Assembly (NCBI GenBank): GCA_031370645.1
Contig: JANMQV010000061.1
Location: 1 to 48,687, forward strand
Length of the DNA stretch: 48,687 nucleotides
Source of the DNA: Candidatus Eiseniibacteriota bacterium
GTDB taxonomy: Bacteria > Eisenbacteria > RBG-16-71-46 > SZUA-252
Direction: 5' to 3'
Below are positions 47,290-48,687 of this stretch, piece by piece. The notes below the pieces were generated by a model, which saw nothing but the letters and a program-made list of their open reading frames with translations, did no database searches and was not told where the DNA came from. Position 1 is the first letter of the stretch; each line of letters opens with the position of its first letter. The position numbers were made by a program, and so were the translations under genes.

Positions 47290-48621
47290 GTGAAAAAAAG
47301 GAACGTGTTTTTGATGTTGGCTCTTACGTCGGCAGCGATCATCGCCATTCTCTTTCCCGGGATAACGGTCATTGTCGATGTATGCACTGTTGAAGGGATC
47401 GGCGACCTCCCCGGCGGCTATGTCGAAGACCCCGCTCAGGTCACGTTCAGCTCGATCTCCGATATCTCCGGCGATGGTGTTCGGGCCGTCGGCTACGGTA
47501 CTCAAGCAACCCTGACCGGAGTCGAGGAAGCGAAGGCCGGAATCGGCTGGACAAAGAAATCGGGTAAAGATCCGTTCTTGCCTGGGGGCTCACCGGGGCT
47601 CGTCGCCCTGCCTTACTGCGACACGTCGGGGCCCACGGTCGACGCCTTCGCATCGGGAATCTCTTTTGTCGGGAAGACCGTCGTCGGCTACGCGACCTGC
47701 AGCGGGATTCAAACCCCAATGATCTGGGAGAATGGGGTACCCACCCCGTTGGGCCTTCCGCCCTATGCCAGTAAGACGGGGCAGGCGTCGAAGGCCTCTC
47801 TCGTTTCGGAGGTCATCGTCGGCTGGGTGAGTCCCATGAAGAACTTCGCGGACGAACGCACGCCTCGGTTTCCTATGGCGTGGCGCACCGCCACGCGGCA
47901 GCCGGTTGGCCTTGTGCATGAAATGCCGGGATCTTCGGCCAACGGCGGCGAGGCATTCGATGTCTCCAAGAGTGGAAAGAGCATCGTTGGTACGATCTTC
48001 GATACTAGTCAGGGTCGGTTCACGTCACCGTACCCCGTCTGCTGGCGACCGCTGCCCGGAAACGACCTCGAGTTGAACATTCTTCAAGGACCCACGGCGA
48101 CGGATGAGCGGGGAACCGCTACGGCAATTTCAGCGGACGGCATGATCGCTGTGGGCTGCATCGGAACGTACCCCAACACGAGGGCGTGTCGGTGGGTTCG
48201 ATCGTCCGAGTTCGTCAAGTTCGGCAACGCAGAGATCTTCGAATTGCTCCCGGGCGATGAAGCGAGCACAGCGACGGCGCTTCGGGGTGATGGGTTCTTT
48301 GTCGTCGGCGTAAGTCGAAGGGGCGATAATCTGCGTCCGTTCATCTGGGACCAGAATCAGAAGACGCGGGATCTGACGGCGATTCTGGCGGTCTCTACGA
48401 AAACCCCTCTCACCGATTGGCGGTTGGAGCAACCTACGGCGATGTCCGAAGACGGCAAGGTGATCGCCGGCGCGGGGATTCACAATGGAAGTCCCGAAGG
48501 CTGGGTGTATTACTGCGAGAAGGAGAAGATTCGTGTCACCCTAAAGAATTACTTCTTCCCTCCGACCCCCAATCCCTGGTGGAAAGTCGGGCCCCCCGCG
48601 GACGAGAGGCTGAGATCCTGA
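47290..48621 (+). CDS. Second secreted HAF-like repeat protein
   Basis: GTG 47290 followed by a hydrophobic signal; GIGDLPGG, ISGDGVRAVG, VSKSGKSIVG, ISADGMIAVG, MSEDGKVIAG. Confidence 0.8.
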   Translation: MKKRNVFLMLALTSAAIIAILFPGITVIVDVCTVEGIGDLPGGYVEDPAQVTFSSISDISGDGVRAVGYGTQATLTGVEEAKAGIGWTKKSGKDPFLPGGSPGLVALPYCDTSGPTVDAFASGISFVGKTVVGYATCSGIQTPMIWENGVPTPLGLPPYASKTGQASKASLVSEVIVGWVSPMKNFADERTPRFPMAWRTATRQPVGLVHEMPGSSANGGEAFDVSKSGKSIVGTIFDTSQGRFTSPYPVCWRPLPGNDLELNILQGPTATDERGTATAISADGMIAVGCIGTYPNTRACRWVRSSEFVKFGNAEIFELLPGDEASTATALRGDGFFVVGVSRRGDNLRPFIWDQNQKTRDLTAILAVSTKTPLTDWRLEQPTAMSEDGKVIAGAGIHNGSPEGWVYYCEKEKIRVTLKNYFFPPTPNPWWKVGPPADERLRS

Positions 48622-48645
48622 TGAAAACGTGGTCCCGGCGGCGCG

Positions 48646-48668
48646 CCCGTAGTGTCCGAAAACTCAAT
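48646..48668 (+). repeat. 23-bp dispersed repeat, copy 2
   Basis: CCCGTAGTGTCCGAAAACTCAAT; its core CGTAGTGTCCGA also occurs at 19389-19400. Confidence 0.55.
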
Positions 48669-48687
48669 TGCGCTGCAACACCATCGT

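Noticed and set aside
1-48687. CRISPR arrays, tRNA or rRNA genes, phage or defence genes
   Set aside because: No regularly spaced repeats, cloverleaf signatures or hallmark proteins seen by eye; a small RNA could still have been missed.

Overview
A GC-rich bacterial chromosomal segment with about 36 coding regions. I found no rRNA, tRNA, CRISPR array, transposase or integrase. Two proteins end in a 'PNP...IYDxxGRLxR...SGIY' T9SS/FlgD-like sorting domain, which suggests an FCB-superphylum host such as Ca. Eisenbacteria (inference). The window opens inside a very large minus-strand cyclic beta-1,2-glucan synthase gene (over 2270 aa) that the ORF track misses because it runs off the left edge. 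The rest is mostly secreted or envelope proteins and stress or redox enzymes: three DUF3494 ice-binding-like paralogs, OmpA, an Asp-box propeller, an aldo/keto reductase, a non-heme haloperoxidase, an NAD-dependent formate dehydrogenase, DUF885, Uup, YaeQ, two GNATs and a multi-PAS hybrid kinase. The strongest unexplained signal is non-coding. Four scattered genes (two ice-binding-like lipoproteins, a 22-mer amphipathic LEA/apolipoprotein-like protein and a 72-aa acidic peptide) each have a sigma-54 -24/-12 promoter. Each promoter is preceded by a tandem TG(T/A)A pair at nearly the same distances (142-144 and 122-124 bp upstream). This looks like an undescribed sigma-54 enhancer regulon, possibly for freeze or desiccation stress. 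Other oddities are an inverted, doubly in-frame-deleted mini-copy of the LEA-like gene, a metzincin-like protease with QExxH instead of HExxH, an orphan TPR tail next to a direct repeat, and a 23-bp IS-end-like repeat. All family assignments come from motif recognition; no database searches were run.
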